Assembly (NCBI GenBank): GCA_950097015.1
Contig: CATNEN010000029.1
Location: 7,688,001 to 7,752,000 of the forward strand
Direction: 5' to 3'
Length of the DNA: 64,000 nt
Origin: Macrostomum hystrix
Lineage: Eukaryota; Animalia; Platyhelminthes
In this document: positions 36,501-48,679 of the stretch, in pieces
Position numbering within the stretch: position 1 is the first letter of the stretch
Layout: every line of letters starts with the position of its first letter
Translations under genes and position numbers: made by a program
Notes under the pieces: model-generated
What the model was told of the DNA's origin: nothing
Databases searched by the model: none
Seen by the model: the letters and a program-made list of their open reading frames with translations, nothing else

Positions 36501-39500
36501 TAAGTGTCAGGTAAGACGGTTAAGTGTCAGGTAGGACGGTTAAGTGTCAGGTAAGACGGTTAAGTGTCAGGTAAGACGGGTATGGGTCCGAGAAAGTTAA
36601 GTATCAGGAGGCTAAAAGAGGTGAGCCTGAATCGCATGAACCACCCACCTTGCCAGCAACCCCAACTTGGGTCTCCAGTATGGTCGGGTCCATGACAACG
36701 CTGTCAAACTCGATTGAGCCCTCGAGGCTGACGGCCCGGTCCGCGTCTGAGCAGGAGCCGTTGATTGGCAGGTCGATGAATGGCAGACCAATTTGGATCC
36801 AAAAGTACTTTGACCCGTAGGCACGAAGGGATTTGATCTGGAAAATTTAGATTAGAGAAGCTAGTTGACAGTGAAGTATTAGAGTAGACAGGGAAGCATC
36901 AGAGTAGACAGGGAAGCATCAGAGTAGACAGGGAAGCATCAGAGTAGACAGGGAAGCATCAGAGTAGACAGGGAAGCATCAGAGTAGACAGGGAAGCATC
37001 AGAGTAGACAGGGAAGCATCAGAGTAGACAGGGAAGCATCAGAGTAGACAGGGAAGCATCAGAGTAGACAGGGAAGCATCAGAGTAGACAGGGAAGCATC
37101 AGAGTAGACAGGGAAGCATCAGAGTAGACAGGGAAGCATCAGAGTAGACAGGGAAGCATCAGAGTAGACAGGGAAGCATCAGAGTAGACAGGGAAGCATC
37201 AGAGTAGACAGGGAAGCATCAGAGTAGACAGGGAAGCATCAGAGTAGACAGGGAAGCATCAGAGTAGACAGGGAAGCATCAGAGTAGACAGGGAAGCATC
37301 AGAGTAGACACGGAAGCATCAGAGTAGACAGGGAAGCATCAGAGTAGACAGGGAAGCATCAGAGTAGACAGGGAAGCATCAGAGTAGACAGGGAAGCATC
37401 AGAGTAGACAGGGAAGCATCAGAGTAGACAGGCAAGCATCAGAGTAGACAGGGAAGCATCAGAGTAGACAGGGAAGCATCAGAGTAGACAGGGAAGCATC
37501 AGAGTAGACAGGGAAGCATCAGAGTAGACAGGGAAGCATCAGAGTAGACAGGGAAGCATCAGAGTAGACAGGGAAGCATCAGAGTAGACACTATTGCTCG
37601 CACTTTTTTGTGAGCTGAGTGACTCACCACGCACTCGAACCTCTTGCCGTAGTCTTCATTTGGCGCGCTCCTGACTGCGATGAAGATTCGATAGTCGCTG
37701 GCCTGTATGCAAAAATGTCGTTCGGCCCCACATTTCAGTAATGGATTTGTGAAAATTGAGATTGCAAAAAAGATCATATTAATTTAAATGCAACAACCAT
37801 TAGATTAGCAATGGAGTCTGTTGGGTCTCCGCTGAATATCATCTTCTGATAGGAAGTGATATTGTTCCTAATCAAAGCTTGCTCCAACTGCAGTGTCACC
37901 TGAAATTCAAGGGTTCAATAAGATACATTTGCGCTATTTTTGTACTTTTATTAGGCACAATTTACCTGCTTATAATTTTGTAAATCCGACTTTGTAGCCA
38001 ATTTTCTACTGCAAAACTATCAACGAACATCTCATGTTTTAAATACTGCGATCCTAATCATCCTACAATGCGATTCTACTCATTAGACAATGCGATTCTA
38101 CTCATTAGACAATGCGATTCTACTCATTAGACAATGCGATTCTACTCATTAGACAATGCGATTCTACTCATTAGACAATGCGATTCTACTCATTAGACAA
38201 TGCGATTCTACTCATTAGACAATGCGATTCTACTCATTAGACAATGCGATTCTACTCATTAGACAATGCGATTCTACTCATTAGACAATGCGATTCTACT
38301 CATACTACCATGTGATTCTAACCTTAATCAGCAAAATACAGCTAAAAAGTCTATAATTTTATTAACTCACGGGATAGACAATTTCACTGTCCGATGTAAT
38401 CAGGCCAATCTTTTTCCAATTGAAGCGTTTCAGCAGTTCAATGATGGGCTTGATAAACAGACTGTTAGTGATTGGCATGCGAATAAAGTAGGGATAGGAG
38501 TTCTTGTCACTCAGAGATGGTGACGTATTGCCGTAGCCAATCTGTGGGGAACAAATGGATTTAGATTTGTGATTTTGGAAATTTAACGATTTATTGTTTT
38601 TGGGCTCACTTCGAACTAAAATATTGAGTGTTTTGCTTGAGGAACGAACTTTAAGACTCAGAACTCGCAACCTATCGAAAATGTAGGATCTAGATTAGGA
38701 ATGCTGGGAACTGTAGGATCTAGATTAGGAATGCTGGGAACTGTAGGATCTAGATTAGGGATGCTGGGAACTGTAGGATCTAGATTAGGAATGCTGGGAA
38801 CTGTAGGATCTAGATTAGGGATGCTGGGAACTGTAGGATCTAGATTAGGAATGCTGGGAACTGTAGGATCTAGATTAGGGATGCTGGGAACTGTAGGATC
38901 TAGATTAGGGATGCTGGGAACTGTAGGATCTAGATTAGGGATGCGGGGAACTGTAGGATCTAGATTAGGGATGCGGGGAACTGTAGGATCTAGATTAGGG
39001 ATGCGGAGAACTGTAGGATCTAGATTAGGGATGCTGGGAACTGTAGGATCTAGATTAGGGATGCTGGGAACTGTAGGATCTAGATTAGGGATGCGGGGAA
39101 CTGTAGGATCTAGATTAGGGATGCGGGGAACTGTAGGATCTAGATTAGGGATGCGGAGAACTGTAGGATCTAGATTAGGGATGCTGGGAACTGTAGGATC
39201 TAGATTAGGGATGCTGGGAACTGTAGGATCTAGATTAGGGATGCGGGGAACTGTAGGATCTAGATTAGGGATGCTGGGAACTGTAGGATCTAGATTAGGG
39301 ATGCGGGGAACTGTAGGATCTAGATTAGGGATGCGGGGAACTGTAGGATCTAGATTAGGGATGCTGGGAACTGTAGGATCTAGATTAGGGATGCGGGGAG
39401 CTGTAGGATCTAGATTAGGGATGCTGGGAACTGTAGGATCTAGATTAGGGATGCGGGGAACTGTAGGATCTAGATTAGGGATGCGGGGAACTGTAGGATC

Positions 39501-42500
39501 TAGATTAGGGATGCTGGGAACTGTAGGATCTAGATTAGGGATGCGGGGAACTGTAGGATCTAGATTAGGGATGCGGGGAACTGTAGGATCTAGATTAGGG
39601 ATGCTGGGAACTGTAGGATCTAGATTAGGGATGCTGGGAACTGTAGGATCTAGATTAGGGATGCGGGGAACTGTAGGATCTAGATTAGGGATGCGGGGAA
39701 CTGTAGGATCTAGATTAGGGATGCTGGGAACTGTAGGATCTAGATTAGGTATGCTGGGAACTGTAGGATCTAGATTAGGGATGCTGGGAACTGTAGGATC
39801 TAGATTAGGGATGCGGGGAACTGTAGGATCTAGATTAGGGATGCTGGGAACTGTAGGATCTAGATTAGGGATGCGGGGAACTGTAGGATCTAGATTAGGG
39901 ATGCGGGGAACTGTAGGATCTAGATTAGGGATGCTGGGAACTGTAGGATCTAGATTAGGGATGCGGGGAGCTGTAGGATCTAGATTAGGGATGCTGGGAA
40001 CTGTAGGATCTAGATTAGGGATGCGGGGAACTGTAGGATCTAGATTAGGGATGCGGGGAACTGTAGGATCTAGATTAGGGATGCTGGGAACTGTAGGATC
40101 TAGATTAGGGATGCGGGGAACTGTAGGATCTAGATTAGGGATGCGGGGAACTGTAGGATCTAGATTAGGGATGCTGGGAACTGTAGGATCTAGATTAGGG
40201 ATGCTGGGAACTGTAGGATCTAGATTAGGGATGCTGGGAACTGTAGGATCTAGATTAGGGATGCTGGGAACTGTAGGATCTAGATTAGGGATGCTGGGAA
40301 CTGTAGGATCTAGATTAGGGATGCGGGGAACTGTAGGATCTAGATTAGGGATGCGGGGAACTGTAGGATCTAGATTAGGGATGCTGGGAACTGTAGGATC
40401 TAGATTAGGGATGCTGGGAACTGTAGGATCTAGATTAGGGATGCTGGGAACTGTAGGATCTAGATTAGGGATGCTGGGAACTGTAGGATCTAGATTAGGG
40501 ATGCTGGGAACTGTAGGATCTAGATTAGGGATGCTGGGAACTGTAGGATCTAGATTAGGGATGCTGGGAACTGTAGGATCTAGATTAGGGATGCGGGAAA
40601 CTGTAGGATCTAGATTAGGGATGCGGGGAACTGTAGGATCTAGATTAGGGATGCGGGGAACTGTAGGATCTAGATTAGGGATGCGGGGAACTGTAGGATC
40701 TAGATTAGGGATGCTGGGAACTGTAGGATCTAGATTAGGGATGCTGGGAACTGTAGGATCTAGATTAGGGATGCGGGGAACTGTAGGATCTAGATTAGGG
40801 ATGCTGGGAACTGTAGGATCTAGATTAGGGATGCTGGGAACTGTAGGATCTAAATTAGGGATGCGGGGAACTGTAGGATCTAGATTAGGGATGCTGGGAA
40901 CTGTAGGATCTAGATTAGGGATGCGGGGAACTGTAGGATCTAGATTAGGGATGCTGGGAACTGTAGGATCTAGATTAGGGATGCTGGGAACTGTAGGATC
41001 TAGATTAGGGATGCGGGGAACTGTAGGATCTAGATTAGGGATGCTGGGAACTGTAGGATCTAGATTATGGATGCTGGGAACTGTAGGATCTAAATTAGGG
41101 ATGCGGGGAACTGTAGGATCTAGATTAGGGATGCTGGGAACTGTAGGATCTAGATTAGGGATGCTGGGAACTGTAGGATCTAGATTAGGGATGCTGGGAA
41201 CTGTAGGATCTAGATTAGGGATGCTGGGAACTGTAGGATCTAGATTAGGGATGCTGGGAACTGTAGGATCTAGATTAGGGATGCTGGGAACTGTAGGATC
41301 TAGATTAGGGATGCGGGGAACTGTAGGATCTAGATTAGGGATGCTGGGAACTGTAGGATCTAGATTAGGGATGCTGGGAACTGTAGGATCTAGATTTTGA
41401 AGTCCGGGAAATATGCTTTATTATGTAATGAACTAAAGATTTCTGAGTTCCGTTTAACCAGAGTTTGTTTGATATAGATTTGTTTTCAACGAAAAGCATA
41501 GAATCTGGAACAGGGATATCAAAGCAAGGACGTATCAAAATGTAGTTTTTTTTCAACTAGACACGCAAGTCACGCAGTTTTTGCTGCAGATTTGAGCATC
41601 TTCTAGGAAACAATCTTCTAAAAAGGATTGCCACTTGAGCTACACACGGCTGGGTAAGCTCCCGGCTCATTCATCCTTGGATAATCGCTCAGCTAATTTA
41701 CAAAGCTAGAATACTGTCTTCGAGGTGGGTGTCACACGACTGTCTTTGAGGTGAGTGTGACACGAGTGTCCTTGAGGTGGGTGTTACTGGACTGTCTTTG
41801 ATGTGGGTTTGACACGACTGTCTTTGATGTGGGTGTGACACGACTGTCTTTGATGTGGGTGTGACACGACTGTCTTTGAGGTGAGTGTCACACGAGTGTC
41901 CTTGAGGTGGGTGTTACTGGACTGTCTTTGAGGTGGGTGTCACAGGACTGTCTTTGAGGTGGGTGTCACAGGACTGTCTTTGAGGTGGGTGTCACAGGAC
42001 TGTCTTTGAGGTGGGTGTCACAGGACTGTCTTTGAGGTGGGTGTCACAGGACTGTCTTTGAGGTGGGTGTCACCCTTCGACCTTAACAGGGTATGCGGCC
42101 AGTCCGCAGTCTCCTTACACCTGTGCGTGATCAGATACCTCTGGCTACGGCTGGTGGAACAGGTGATACCCTTCGACCTTAACAGGGTTCGCAGCCAGTC
42201 TGCGGGCCTGGCACTGCTCTAGGTGCTCTCTAATGCCTAAGGTCTCGCCGCGCTGAGGGGCTGGAAGGTCTGGGGAGTTTTACCGGCCATTAGCGTTTTT
42301 TTTTCTTCTTTTCTTTTCCGCATTCAAGCGACTTATGAAGACCAACCAAAGTTCCAGCACGTCCCAGGACTCTGCCGAAACGCAGGACTCTGCGTCGGCG
42401 ACGCAGATCCTCAGGACCAACGCCAGGGCGACATCGGATCCACCGGTGCCCCAAACTCATCCTGCCCCGCCGCCACTCAGGCAAACACCAGAGTGGCTGG

Positions 42501-45500
42501 ATCAAAGGGCAAACGCTCCCCTGCCAAGCAGGCCCGCAGCATCGCCCGTTTCCTGGAATTCCGGCGGCGCAAACAGGAAGCATGGTTGGCTGCGAAATCC
42601 GTGCCAACCACCGCCTCTTAGGAGGGGGCCGGCAACTCTGCGACCGTCGCGGAGGAACAGACACCCAACAAGGCGGCGGATTCCTCGCGTCGTCCGGGAA
42701 ACCCGGAAATGCGGAAAAGTGCCGCCCAGGCTTCTAGGGCGTCCCGTTCCTCTCGCAGCGGAACCTCTCACAGTCGCTTGGAAACTCCGACGACTGCTGG
42801 GGGGCCCGTGGCGGTAGGCGCTGGCTAAACTACGAGGTCAAAGCGCACTTACGCTGAAATGGCCAAGATGCAGCCGGCCTTGGTTATCCGAGGCCAGGAG
42901 ACGCCCCTATCGTCAGTGCAACTCGACCAGATTTGGCGCAGACTGGATTCCCATCTGGTCAAACTGGCACTGAGCAGCACTGTGCTACTCGTCCTGAAGA
43001 CCGACATCCAGGACCAAGCCCTCATTGTCCAGCCTGCCGACAACCAGTCCGGACAGCAACTCCTCGAGCTGCCGAAAACCTTCAACTGGGTAAGGAAATG
43101 GCCAACCTGTTAATCTACAGGGAGGACGAGCGCCCCCAGACACACCGTCATCGTGTTTGGATTCCAGCTCGTAACGCCGTCACCAACGGTGAGGAGCTGC
43201 GCCGCCTGCTGCTGGCAATCCAGCCGGATCTGCCAGCAAATGGAGCCGTGGTTCAAGAAACCATCACCAGACCTGGTGGAGACGGTTTTACGGCCACCCT
43301 AGGACTGTCGGACAGCTGGATACTCCGCTGCCCAGACATGTCCTTCATCAGTGCAGGTCTCACTCGAATGCAGATTTTCAGCTTCGAGTCCGACGCAGAT
43401 CCGCAGTCTCTGATGGATTTACACTACCATTGTTAGACCGGCCATCTCTTTTGCCGGCTTCATTTGGAACAGTGCCCTGGAGACCAAAGGGATTTTGGAG
43501 GCCCTAAGCAAGGTGCAGGGCCGTGCTTGTCGAGCCTTCATGAGTGCGGCACCCTCCACTCCCTTCGCTGGCATGAATGGAGCGAATGGAGCTTCCCTTC
43601 GCAGCCTCCCCGCTACATCCGAAGCTAAGTCAAGTAAGTCAAGTCTTTGAGCTGGGTGTCACATGACTGTCTTTGAGCTGGGTGTCACATGACTGTCTTT
43701 GAGGTGGATGTCCCAGGACTGTCTTTGAAGTTGGTGTCACAGGACAGTCTCTGAGGTGGGGTGTCACAGACAGTCCTGGATGTAGGTGTGGCTGAGTGGC
43801 ATGTAGACCTTCTTTTGTAAGAAAGTGTTTAATTTTAAATTGTTTGTACTTGATTTACTCAAATATCTTACTTGCTAATTAGCTTATCAGGCAGGCACAT
43901 CCTGTTTAGATATTTTGTTTGTCTGGGCTGGTCCCTCAGTGCTAACATTGAAGGTGAAGTTATTTTAAGCGGAATTTTAAAGCCGAAAAAAATCTAAAGA
44001 AGGTTTGAAAAACTTTATTCGCTATTTAAGTGAAACGTGGGGCGCATCAAGCACTGTGAAAAATGCATTTCTGTTTGAAAAAGAATTCACATATTCGCTT
44101 ATTCACAAATTGCAAATCTAAAAGCGACTTACCTGTGGCAGGTAGTAGTACTGAGCAATGTCTGCAACAATTTGAGACTGATGCGAGAACGCTGCTCCCA
44201 GGAGCAAGGCTTTGTTGGGCGTCTTGAGGTAGCCATCGATGAAAGCCTTGGCTGCGCTGCCCGTTGTCTCCTGACAAGGGCGAGAGATTCAACAGTTTTT
44301 TCTTCAAATTATTTTTAATGACACCTAGACCTTTTTTAAAGTTGGAAGTGGAAGTGGACACCCTGTGTTTGTAGTGGACACCCTGTGTTTTTAGTGGACA
44401 CCCTGTGTTTGAAGTGGACACCCTGTGTTTGTAGTGGACACCCTGTGTTTGTAGTGGACGCCCTGTGTTTGAAGTGGACACCCTGTGTTTGTAGTGGACA
44501 CCCTGTGTTTGAAGTGGACACCCTGTGTTTGTAGTGGACACCCTGTGTTTGTAGTGGACACCCTGTGTTTGTAGTGGACACCCTGTGTTTGTAGTAGACA
44601 CCCTGTGTTTGTAGTGGACACCCTGTGTTTGTAGTGGACACCCTGTGTTTGTAGTGGACACCCTGTGTTTGTAGTGGACACCCTGTGTTTAAACTAACAC
44701 CTAGAGTGGACACCCTGTGTTTGAAGTTGACACATTAAGCCCTCTTTAGGCGGACACATAAGGCTGTCTCTAACGATGGACACTTTAGTCTTTAGTACTA
44801 TAGCTATAGCGCGACGCATGCTGCTTATGACTATTCAGTCCATGGACTGGGTACTGAACATGTACATGGCGGATTTCACAACCACCCTCCATCACCCCAG
44901 CTACCCAGCTGATGCTGGTACCCATTTAACAGCTGGATGAACTGAAGCAATGTTGAGTTAAGTGTCTTACTAAAAGACAAAAAGCTGTTTCCAGTGGAGT
45001 CGGGAATCGAACTCTACCCGCTAAAATAGCATGCAAAATGGACTCAAACCTAGGAAGCGTTGAGCTTAGTGTGATGCATGTATAGATAGTATTAATCAAA
45101 TCATTACAGCTTTGGCTGAGCATTAATGCTAAGCTCTGCAACTAGTGGCATGTATACGTAAGATTCCCGGTCAGGTGTGCCAGCAACATCGAGGTAAATA
45201 TGCTGCGTCTCTTCTGACCCAGAAAATTACTTTCACTTCCCAGCTAGTGCTTTCCGCACCCCTGCTCAGTCCCAGCATCATTTTAGTTCGCTGTAATCAA
45301 TGCTCAGCGCATGAATCACAAACTGAATCGCTGGCCAGAGGAAATCAGAAGCAGCTAGGAGCAGAATTCGCATCTCGCATGGACTTGTGTACTTGTGGAA
45401 GGAAAATATGTACTTTTTCTGCTATCGCATGTCGTATCTAAAGGCTGCGTACAGCTGTTCAGTCCATGGACTGGGGTAGCGCCACAAAAGTTCTAGTCCA

Positions 45501-45527
45501 GCTGATGATTTATAGTCTACAACCATA

Positions 45528-45563
<36 letters not shown>

Positions 45564-45588
45564 AACAACAACTACTACTACTACTACA

Positions 45589-45626
<38 letters not shown>

Positions 45627-45930
45627 AACAACAACAACAACAACTACTACTACTACTACTACAACAACAACAACAACTACTACTACTACTACTACTACTA
45701 CTCACCATCAAGGCCAGCTGGGTTGTGCAGCTGAGCTGGAACCCAGGGAACAGATGACTCAAATTGTTATTAATGTAGGAAAACGAGAAGTTAAAATAGG
45801 CCGAGTCAGTTGCAAAGGCAGGCGATGTGGTACTGATGCACAGCAGGTTCACCATCAGTCGATCGTCGGAAGCAGCGCCCCCAGCAGTCAGGACTATCAG
45901 CACAATCAGCAGCTTTCTCAGCGTCTGCAT
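30527..45930 (-). CDS. GABA-B-like class C GPCR, paralog A (signal peptide, Venus flytrap, 7TM; about 743 aa)
   Basis: 14 exons: 45930-45706, 44270-44133, 38541-38371, 37899-37798, 37702-37628, 36837-36649, 36353-36118, 36028-35965, 35677-35600, 35343-34961, 32377-32255, 32182-32089, 32009-31771, 30640-30527. Motifs IGYGNTSPSLSD, YGSKYFWI, GRVFFDRNGDR, LIKLSSPYVNNVI, AKTWRVHKIF, FAWETR..LNDSKKIG. Exon 7 is 1 nt short of frame. Confidence 0.9.
32440..32710 (-). mobile_element. SINE family A copy in a paralog A intron
   Basis: Head GGGTGAGTGGCAGAGCGGCTAACGCG...GAGCTCGACTCC and body in reverse complement. Confidence 0.87.
32790..32960. repeat. About 26-bp G-rich minisatellite (GGCCAGGGTGTGAGGTGGGTGTAGCA)
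   Basis: About 6 degenerate copies. Confidence 0.8.
34090..34885. repeat. 31-bp intronic array (CATAGTCTATGGGTTCATGGAGTTGTGCTCC)
   Basis: About 25 copies. Confidence 0.95.
35365..35590. repeat. 19-bp array (GATTCGTGAGAATCGTGTA) filling paralog A intron 9
   Basis: About 11 copies between exons 35600 and 35343. Confidence 0.95.
36410..36580. repeat. 20-bp array (TAAGTGTCAGGTAAGACGGT)
   Basis: About 7 copies in intron 6. Confidence 0.9.
36885..37590. repeat. 20-bp array (AGAGTAGACAGGGAAGCATC)
   Basis: About 35 nearly identical copies in intron 5. Confidence 0.97.
38065..38305. repeat. 22-bp array (ATGCGATTCTACTCATTAGACA)
   Basis: About 11 copies in intron 3. Confidence 0.95.
38682..41396. 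repeat. 30-bp satellite (ATGCTGGGAACTGTAGGATCTAGATTAGGG)
   Basis: About 90 copies with two main variants; source of the spurious 899-aa ORF; in paralog A intron 2. Confidence 0.98.
41720..43790. repeat. About 26-bp minisatellite (GACTGTCTTTGAGGTGGGTGTCACAG) split by a retroelement
   Basis: Units at 41720-42070 and 43648-43790 flank the insertion. Confidence 0.9.
42071..43647 (+). mobile_element. Internally deleted non-LTR element: 5' leader, frameshifted ORF1, short ORF2 fragment and 3' tail
   Basis: ORF1 remnants (KRTYAEMAKMQPALVI; HRVWIPARN...LLLAIQPDLP) resemble LOA/Lian-type ORF1 (recall, not searched). 43410-43578 aligns to 50185-50357 of the full copy; ends in the same CTAAGTCAAGTAAGTCAAG tail. 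Confidence 0.82.
44345..44735. repeat. 20-bp array (CCCTGTGTTTGTAGTGGACA)
   Basis: About 19 copies in paralog A intron 1. Confidence 0.95.
44835..45030 (-). mobile_element. CORE-SINE (family B) copy
   Basis: Reverse complement: B-box GTTCGATTCCCGACTCC, CORE-like AAGACACTTAAC...CAGCTGTTAAATGGGTACC, tail CAGTCCATGGACTG. Confidence 0.75.
45525..45703. repeat. (ACT)n/(ACA)n microsatellite abutting the paralog A exon 1 donor
   Basis: About 58 triplets; the poly-T and poly-S ORFs are artefacts. Confidence 0.95.
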
Positions 45931-46499
45931 CCTCGAAGCCCTGGCCGAGAGTCATAAGTCACGACCAGCATGACTTGCCCTGTCAGTCATTTATACTCGA
46001 AATTTGACAGCTGCTAATTTCGGCTCCTATTGGCTAGAATTTCCAACCCCTCCCCCTGGTTCGACCTGTCCCTCTTCTGCTCAAGCGGAATTCTTGCAGG
46101 ACAATTAATTGAGCCAATTCTTTAATGCTCCAGCTCGCTCGAAAGCAACATGCAGTGCTCAGCTCTCTAGAAGTTCAAAATGACTTTGATCTCAATGGAA
46201 ATTGATTGCGCGCCAGACAAAGGCAATTTAGGGACCTTTAATCAAAGGTGAAAAAACTCGAAATCATTTATCTGGCATACTGACACTGATAACTGTTAGC
46301 ATTGCGCTTGCTGCTAAAAATAAATATAGTGGGCTATTGTTGCGACCTCTTTGGCTCACTGATGTATACAATATCACCATTATTCTCATCTATTCTCACC
46401 TATCCTGGCAACTACTAGATCAAATAAGTACCCCTCCATCTCACGTTCATTTTCACCTTAAAGTTTCACATCTATTATCAACACCAGTGTCACATTTGT

Positions 46500-46660
46500 C
46501 CGAACTTGAAGGTCGGGGTTTCGATTCCCGACTCCACTGGAGCAATTTGTGGCTTTTGACAAGACCCTTAACTCTGTGCTGCTTAAGCTCACGCAGCTGT
46601 TAAATGGGTACCAGCATCAGCTGGGGTTACTGAGGATAGATGTGGCGTTCCCCTTTTAAG
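46500..46660 (+). mobile_element. CORE-SINE (family B) copy
   Basis: GGTTTCGATTCCCGACTCC followed by TGTGGCTTTTGACAAGACCCTTAACTCTGTG...CAGCTGTTAAATGGG, aligning by eye to the recalled CORE consensus. Confidence 0.78.
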
Positions 46661-46749
46661 TCGCCCCTATTATCGTCTTAGTCGTGCCCATAATCTAATA
46701 GGTTTTTTTCTACCTCCCATCTATTCCCCAATCTCAAGATCTCACCCGA

Positions 46750-47215
46750 GCGGTGAGTGGCAGAGCGGTCTAACCCGTTTGTCTCCCGCACCAACGTCCC
46801 TGAGCTCGATTCCGCGGTAAGGTCACATTCATTTGAGGCGCAGCCGCGTAGAGAAGGCTTGGGGGCTTGTAGTGCAATTTGCGCCCTTGAGGGCCAACCT
46901 CCCAGGCACAATGAGAGTGTACACTGCCTGACGATGCGAAAGTCAGGGCAGATGTACACGCCTATGTGAGTGTGTGCTGTGTACAGTATCTGTGTGCGTG
47001 TGTGCTCAGGAGTCAGCGAAATGGGCAGAATTGCCTCCTCGCCGGCTGCGTGTTTAGTGTCACCAAATGATGTGCCCTTGCCCGCAGCCCTCCTGCATCT
47101 CACTCCATTTGAATTTATACTGCTAATAGAAAATAAATTGTTCGAATGTACAAATAAATGTGGCCTCGCCGAAGAATCGAGCTCAGGGATCTTCGTGTGG
47201 GAGCACGCATTACTA
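46750..47215 (+). mobile_element. Full-length SINE family A copy (46750-47100) followed by an inverted head fragment (47150-47215)
   Basis: GTGGCAGAGCGG...GAGCTCGATTCC head through GCCCGCAGCCCTCCTGC; reverse-complement head downstream. Confidence 0.87.
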
Positions 47216-47749
47216 CACCGATTTAAACTCCATAGAATTGTCTTTTGTCGGTAAGACAAAAGTCCTTGAAGGCCCATCTCATAGGCATGCCCTTGAGGAA
47301 GGGCAAATGCACTCAGACTGTAGTCGGTGCTAGTGTTTCAACCTGGCAAAGAAATTAAATTTTCAACAAGCCAGTTGAAATTGAAAGGATCCATTCTCAA
47401 AGGAAGCACTCAGCTAGATTGTGCAACCAGAGAGCTAGAATGCTTTACTAAATGACTTCAGTTGTCATACAACCTGCTGAGATTCTTTAAAGCGGTTATA
47501 TTTTATTTAATTAGCCTTTCATTAGACGTGATTTTGCTCAGACATCATTAGAGCTTGTCGATAGGCATGCGACAGTGCCCGTTCTTGAGCACTCATGTTC
47601 TCAAGTTGATTGCTTCCAAGGCTGAAAAGCAATCTTCACTCAGGCGCTGGCTTTTTGGCGTTCTCAACTGCTCGATTCAGCTGGAATAGGGTTGAGACCC
47701 TATTCGAGACTGGGAATATGAGAAATTATAGGTGAGAATGCTGGATTGA

Positions 47750-48360
47750 CAGACACTCACTGGGTGGACAGACACTCACTGGATCTATAGACACTCACTG
47801 GGTAGAAAGACACTCCCTGGGTGGACAGACACTCACTGGGTGGACAGACACTCACTGGATCTATAGACACTCACTGGGTAGACAGACACTCACTGGGTGG
47901 ACAGACACTCACTGGGTGGACAGACACTCACTGGATCAATAGACACTCACTGGGTAGACAGACACTCACTGGGTGGACAGACACTCACTGGGTGGACAGA
48001 CACTCACTGGATCTATAGACACTCACTGGGTAGACAGACACTCACTGGGTAGACAGACACTCACTGGGTGGACAGACACTCACTGGATCTATAGACACTC
48101 ACTGGGTAGACAGACACTCACTGGGTGGACAGACACTCACTGGATCTATAGACACTCACTGGGTAGACAGACACTCACTGGGTAGACAGACACTCACTGG
48201 GTGGACAGACACTCACTTGGGTGGACAGACACTCACTGGGTGGACATACACTCACTGGATCTACAGACACTCACTGGATCTACAGACACTCACTGGGTAG
48301 ACAGACACTCACTGGGTAGACAGACACTCACTGGGTAGACAGACACTCTCTGGATGGACA
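47750..48360. repeat. 19/21-bp minisatellite (GACAGACACTCACTGGGTG)
   Basis: About 31 units. Confidence 0.93.
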
Positions 48361-48409
48361 GACAGAAAGTTGAGATTTGAAAAAATAACTGTTTGATATT
48401 CGTGGGAAA

Positions 48410-48580
48410 TTTGTTGAGATTCGTGAGAATCGGAAAGAGATTCGTGAGAATCGGAAAGAGATTCGTGAGAATCGGAAAGAGATTCGTGAGAATCGGAAAG
48501 AGATTCGTCAGAATCGGAAAGAGATTCGTCAGAATCGGAAAGAGATTCGTGAGAATCGGAAAGAGATTCGTGAGAACAAA
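48410..48580. repeat. 21-bp array (GATTCGTGAGAATCGGAAAGA)
   Basis: About 7 copies; shares its core with 35365-35590. Confidence 0.92.
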
Positions 48581-48679
48581 TAGAGAGAATACTGACAGAA
48601 GTGTGTTAAGAAAAATGTCAAGTCACCGCTAAACCACCACAGGTCGCTGTACCAGATTACAGTGTCATTCTTTCTACTG

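Noticed and set aside
38701-41400. 899-aa ORF (MLGTVGSRLG)n
   Set aside because: Translation of a 30-bp satellite inside, and antisense to, paralog A intron 2.
42185-42245. Canonical HDV-like ribozyme in the LINE leader
   Set aside because: The putative P1 5' strand abuts P3, leaving no P2 5' strand; kept only as an unexplained structure.
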